Positions 61,114-64,000 of a DNA stretch of 64,000 bases are shown in pieces. A program made the position numbers and the translations under genes. The notes under the pieces are model-generated. The model did not search any database. It saw only the letters and a list, made by a program, of their open reading frames with translations, and had not been told where the DNA came from. The first letter of the stretch is position 1; every line of letters starts with the position of its first letter. The stretch is from an uncultured Acidimicrobiaceae bacterium (GTDB lineage Bacteria; Actinomycetota; Acidimicrobiia; Acidimicrobiales; RAAP-2): positions 32,817-96,816 of the forward strand of contig CAWAMS010000008.1 of the NCBI GenBank assembly GCA_963783245.1, given 5' to 3'.

Positions 61114-61734
61114 TTATCCCCTCGCCAGCGGGATCACAGGCAAGATCGGCTTCTTGAAGGTGTCGTTGATAACCCCGGCCGCCGAAGCGTAGAACGCAAA
61201 GGCCGCCGTCACAACGCCGACCCAACCGCCCGCCTTGTTGAGATTGACGTTCGCCTCGAACGCGCCGATGGTCAGCAGCACGAACGTGATGTCCAGCGCC
61301 ACGAACACCGCCAGCACGGCCACATTGACCCGTAACGAGGCGATCATCAGGTAGAAGGTCAGGATCGTCCAGCCGAGCAGGAAGACGCCAACGGCCTGCC
61401 CGGCCACCAGCGGCCGCAGTCCACCCAGCAGGAAATGGCCGAGCACGTAGTACGAGATCCAGAACGCCCCGTACGACGTGAACGCAATCGCCCCGAAGGT
61501 GTTCTTTCTCGCGAACTCCCACATGCCGGCCAGCAACTGGGCAAACCCCCCGTAGACGAGGGCCAGCCCGAGAGCGGCAAAAGCTCCGGCGGGCCAGACG
61601 TTGGCGTTGCCCAGACTCAAGGCGAGCGTCGTCATGGCGAATGCCGCCAATCCCAATGGAGCCGGGTCGGCCACTGTATACAGCGGAGCTGTCCGCGCCA
61701 CATGGGCGCCTGTGCCCTCTTCGACAGTTGACAT
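61114..61734 (-). CDS. satP: Acetate/succinate uptake transporter (GPR1/FUN34/YaaH = SatP family)
   Basis: RBS GAGGAGG precedes ATG 61734. Motifs: ADPAPLGLAAFAMTT, YGGFAQLLAGMWEF..NTFG, FTSYGAFW. Six TM segments. Confidence 0.85.
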   Translation of the reverse strand: MSTVEEGTGAHVARTAPLYTVADPAPLGLAAFAMTTLALSLGNANVWPAGAFAALGLALVYGGFAQLLAGMWEFARKNTFGAIAFTSYGAFWISYYVLGHFLLGGLRPLVAGQAVGVFLLGWTILTFYLMIASLRVNVAVLAVFVALDITFVLLTIGAFEANVNLNKAGGWVGVVTAAFAFYASAAGVINDTFKKPILPVIPLARG

Positions 61735-61965
61735 GGTGCAGTACCTCCTCGGACGTGCTTTGGATGATCTCGGGGATCCGCACGGAGACGGGCGTCCCCC
61801 GAATGGGCGGGGGCCACGGTCCCCCAGCATCGGTCACAGCGGTTGCAGTTTGAGGCTGCTCGCCCCCACCCCCTTCCCTCCCGTCGCTCGCAACCCGCAA
61901 GCTGATGGCATTGTGCGGATGCACCATCTCCCCGACAAGAAGGCGGCGATGAACCGACAGCGGCC

Positions 61966-61998
61966 AGCGACGAGCGGTTACTTTGGAGCGACGAACGG
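61966..61998. promoter_or_regulatory. Direct repeat AGCGACGAGCGG-N9-AGCGACGAACGG (21-bp phasing) in the satP / lytS-like intergenic region; candidate LytTR binding site
   Basis: Read directly. The two 12-mers are 11/12 identical and their starts are 21 nt apart. They lie 232 nt upstream of the satP ATG and 130 nt upstream of the kinase ATG. Confidence 0.45.
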
Positions 61999-62127
61999 CA
62001 TCCCCGGACGATCGATGCACAGCCCCCCGGGTCAATCGTCCCGACCGGCGACCTTCTGTGGCACACTGCACTGGAGAGGGAACCGCTCTACGCAGGGGGG
62101 ACGCTGCGTACTTCCTTTGGGGGTGGC

Positions 62128-63308
62128 ATGAAAGAGGCCCTATGGCTTGCTCTGATCGCCATGGTGATCGTGATCGCCGGGGTTGTTCGCTTCGCCTTTC
62201 GCGGTCAGCGCCGCCTCGGGACCCCGACACAACGGGCGGCGCACATCGCGCTGCACACGGCGAACCTGGCCGCGCCCGCCCTGCGGACCGGGCTCAACAA
62301 GGATCGGCCGAGAGGTCCATTTCGCACCTGCGGAACCTCCTCGGCACGCGTGGCGTCCTCATCGCCGATGTCGATGCGATCCTGGCCGCGGAGGGGATCG
62401 ACGTTGCGCACTGCGCGCTCCTGGCCCCGGCCATCGGCACGGCGCGGAGCGCTGGTCGCCCCCAAGTGGTGACGACGAAGGACCTCGCGTGCGACGACCC
62501 GAACTTCTGCGAGTTGCAGTGCGGTGTGGTGGTGCCGCTCATCGCCGACGGTGCGATTGTCGGCGTCCTGGCCGCGTTGGATTCGACTGCTCCGGCCGGT
62601 CTCCTCCGCCTCTGCAGTGAGGTGGCGCAGTTTGTCTCGACGCAGCTGGAGCTGGCCGAGCTCGACCGCTCGCGCCAGCGCGCCGTGCAGGCCGAGCTGC
62701 GATTCCTGCGCGCGCAGATCTCTCCCCACTTCATCTATAACGCCTTGACGGCCATCGAGTCGTTCGTGCGTTCCGATCCCGATCGGGCCCGTGAGCTCTT
62801 GGTCGAATTCGCCGACTTCATTCGCTTCAGCTTTCGCTCCCATGGCCAGTTCGTCACGATGGCCGAAGAAATTCGGCTGGTCGACACCTACCTCGATCTG
62901 GAGCGAGCACGGTTCGGCGATCGACTGGCCGTCACCCTCCGGGTAGCACCGGAGGTCCTCGGCGTGCTCCTTCCACCCTTCGTGCTGCAACCCTTGGTGG
63001 AGAATGCCGTGCATCACGGCATAGAACCGAGCGAGAACCGGGGCCACCTCGAGATCATCATTCTGGACGCCGACACAGAGGCCGTGGTGAGCGTGGAGGA
63101 CGACGGCATCGGGGCCGACCCCACCTACCTTCGCCGGGCCCTTGCCGGTACCTCGGCAGACGAAGGCATCGGTCTGCATAATGTCGACGAGCGGCTGCGA
63201 ACGGTTTTCGGTGAAGAGCGCGGGCTGACCATCGAGACCGCCCTCGGTGCCGGCACCAAGGTCACCATGCGTATTCCCAAGTTCCATGCCGGGGTGGGTG
63301 CCGGATGA
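62128..63308 (+). CDS. LytS-type sensor histidine kinase (single TM + GAF-like + His_kinase/HATPase_c); one -1 frame break at ~62304
   Basis: MKEALWLALIAMVIVIAGVV...APALRTGLNKD continues in another frame: SAERSISHLRNLLGT...CGVVVPLIADGAIVGVLAAL...LRAQISPHFIYNALTAIESF...LVENAVHHGI. Span is 3n+2. Confidence 0.8.
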
Positions 63309-64000
63309 CCGGATTGTCGGTGTTGGCCGTCGACGACGAGCTCCCGGCCCTGGACGAGCTGACCTTCCTCCTCGAGAACTCGGCTCTCGTCAGTTCGGTC
63401 CGATCGGCCCGGAGCGCCACCGAGGCGTTGCACCACATGCACGACGAGCATTACGACGTCGTGCTGCTCGACATCGCGATGCCCGGCCTCGACGGACTCG
63501 AGCTCGCACGTGTGCTCGCCCGGTTCTCCCATCCTCCGGCCATCGTCTTTGTGACGGCCCACGAGGAGCATGCCCTCGAAGCCTTCGAAGTGGGAGGTGT
63601 GGGGTATCTGCTCAAACCCGTGACCCACGACCGATTGGTGACGACCCTGCGCCGGGTGGTGACCCGTCCCGCCGACGACGGCCCCCACGAGCCGTCGCTC
63701 GAGACGATTCCGGTCGAAATCGGAACCCTCACGCGGATTCTGGCCCGTGACGACGTGTCCTGGGTGGAGTCGGCCGGTGACTACGTCCGCCTCCATCTTC
63801 GTGGAGGCGGAAAGCACCTCGTGCGCATGCCCATCTCCCTCCTCGACGAAAAATGGAGCGACCACGGCTTTGCACGCATTCACCGGAGCTACGTCGTCGC
63901 GTTGCGCGACATCCGTGAATTACGTACCTCGGAGGGACACATGATGGTGCGGGTTGGAGACCATGACCTTCCCGTAAGTCGGCGCCATTCCAAGGAACTG
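63305..64000 (+). CDS. LytTR-family response regulator; 3' end outside window
   Basis: Not in the ORF track because it has no stop within the window. ATG 63305 overlaps the kinase TGA (ATGA). Receiver: VLAVDDELPALDEL...VVLLDIAMPGLDG...GYLLKP. LytTR domain: ILARDDVSWVESAGDYVRLH...FARIHRSYVVAL. Confidence 0.85.
   Translation, partial: MTGLSVLAVDDELPALDELTFLLENSALVSSVRSARSATEALHHMHDEHYDVVLLDIAMPGLDGLELARVLARFSHPPAIVFVTAHEEHALEAFEVGGVGYLLKPVTHDRLVTTLRRVVTRPADDGPHEPSLETIPVEIGTLTRILARDDVSWVESAGDYVRLHLRGGGKHLVRMPISLLDEKWSDHGFARIHRSYVVALRDIRELRTSEGHMMVRVGDHDLPVSRRHSKEL

Overview
High-GC, strongly GC3-biased chromosomal segment with an actinobacterial-type gene complement: MMPL transporter, DUF222-HNH, PspC-domain histidine kinase, CysQ, a mycothiol-type class III ADH and many acyl-CoA enzymes. 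I can support about 60 protein genes. I saw no rRNA or tRNA, no CRISPR, and no transposase, integrase or phage genes.

Gene order, 5'->3':
- TldD/PmbA pair, DUF222-HNH, PhnZ-like HD protein, acyl-CoA dehydrogenase + SDR, MmcQ/YjbR, cold-shock protein, CysQ.
- PspC-kinase / LuxR-type regulator / PspC / DUF1707 envelope-stress-type module, MMPL, aldo-keto reductase.
- DUF35-thiolase-ADH cluster, GGT, amidohydrolase.
- CsoR + permease::YHS, MarR + MFS, dienelactone hydrolase, a secreted protein, MarR + fused ABC exporter, small membrane proteins.
- LivFG(HM)K-type importer.
- A block around a TetR gene: CoA-transferase, SDR, thioesterase II, cupin, 2-hydroxyacid dehydrogenase.
- Fur, RraA, ThuA, VOC, PEP-mutase family, RidA, SDR + ALDH.
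- HMGCS-like::DUF35 - thiolase - ACAD operon, methyltransferase, LLM oxidoreductase, FadD, orphan DUF35.
- acs-satP, divergent from a LytS-like/LytTR pair that is cut by the window end.

The main technical feature is about 27 single-base reading-frame breaks, almost all net +1, inside otherwise well-conserved genes. They are concentrated in the first 42 kb. As a result, several long ORFs in the six-frame track are cross-frame or antisense chimeras. I called genes by following recognisable family sequence across frames.

The most interesting biology:
- An apparently non-catalytic HMGCS-like::DUF35 fusion coupled to an SCP-x-type thiolase and an ACAD.
- A CsoR gene with a textbook-like operator in front of a permease::YHS fusion rather than a P-type ATPase.
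- One palindromic operator present at two divergent promoters around a TetR gene.
- A 21-bp-phased direct repeat between satP-acs and a LytS/LytTR pair.

All product calls rest on by-eye motif recognition. No database search was possible.
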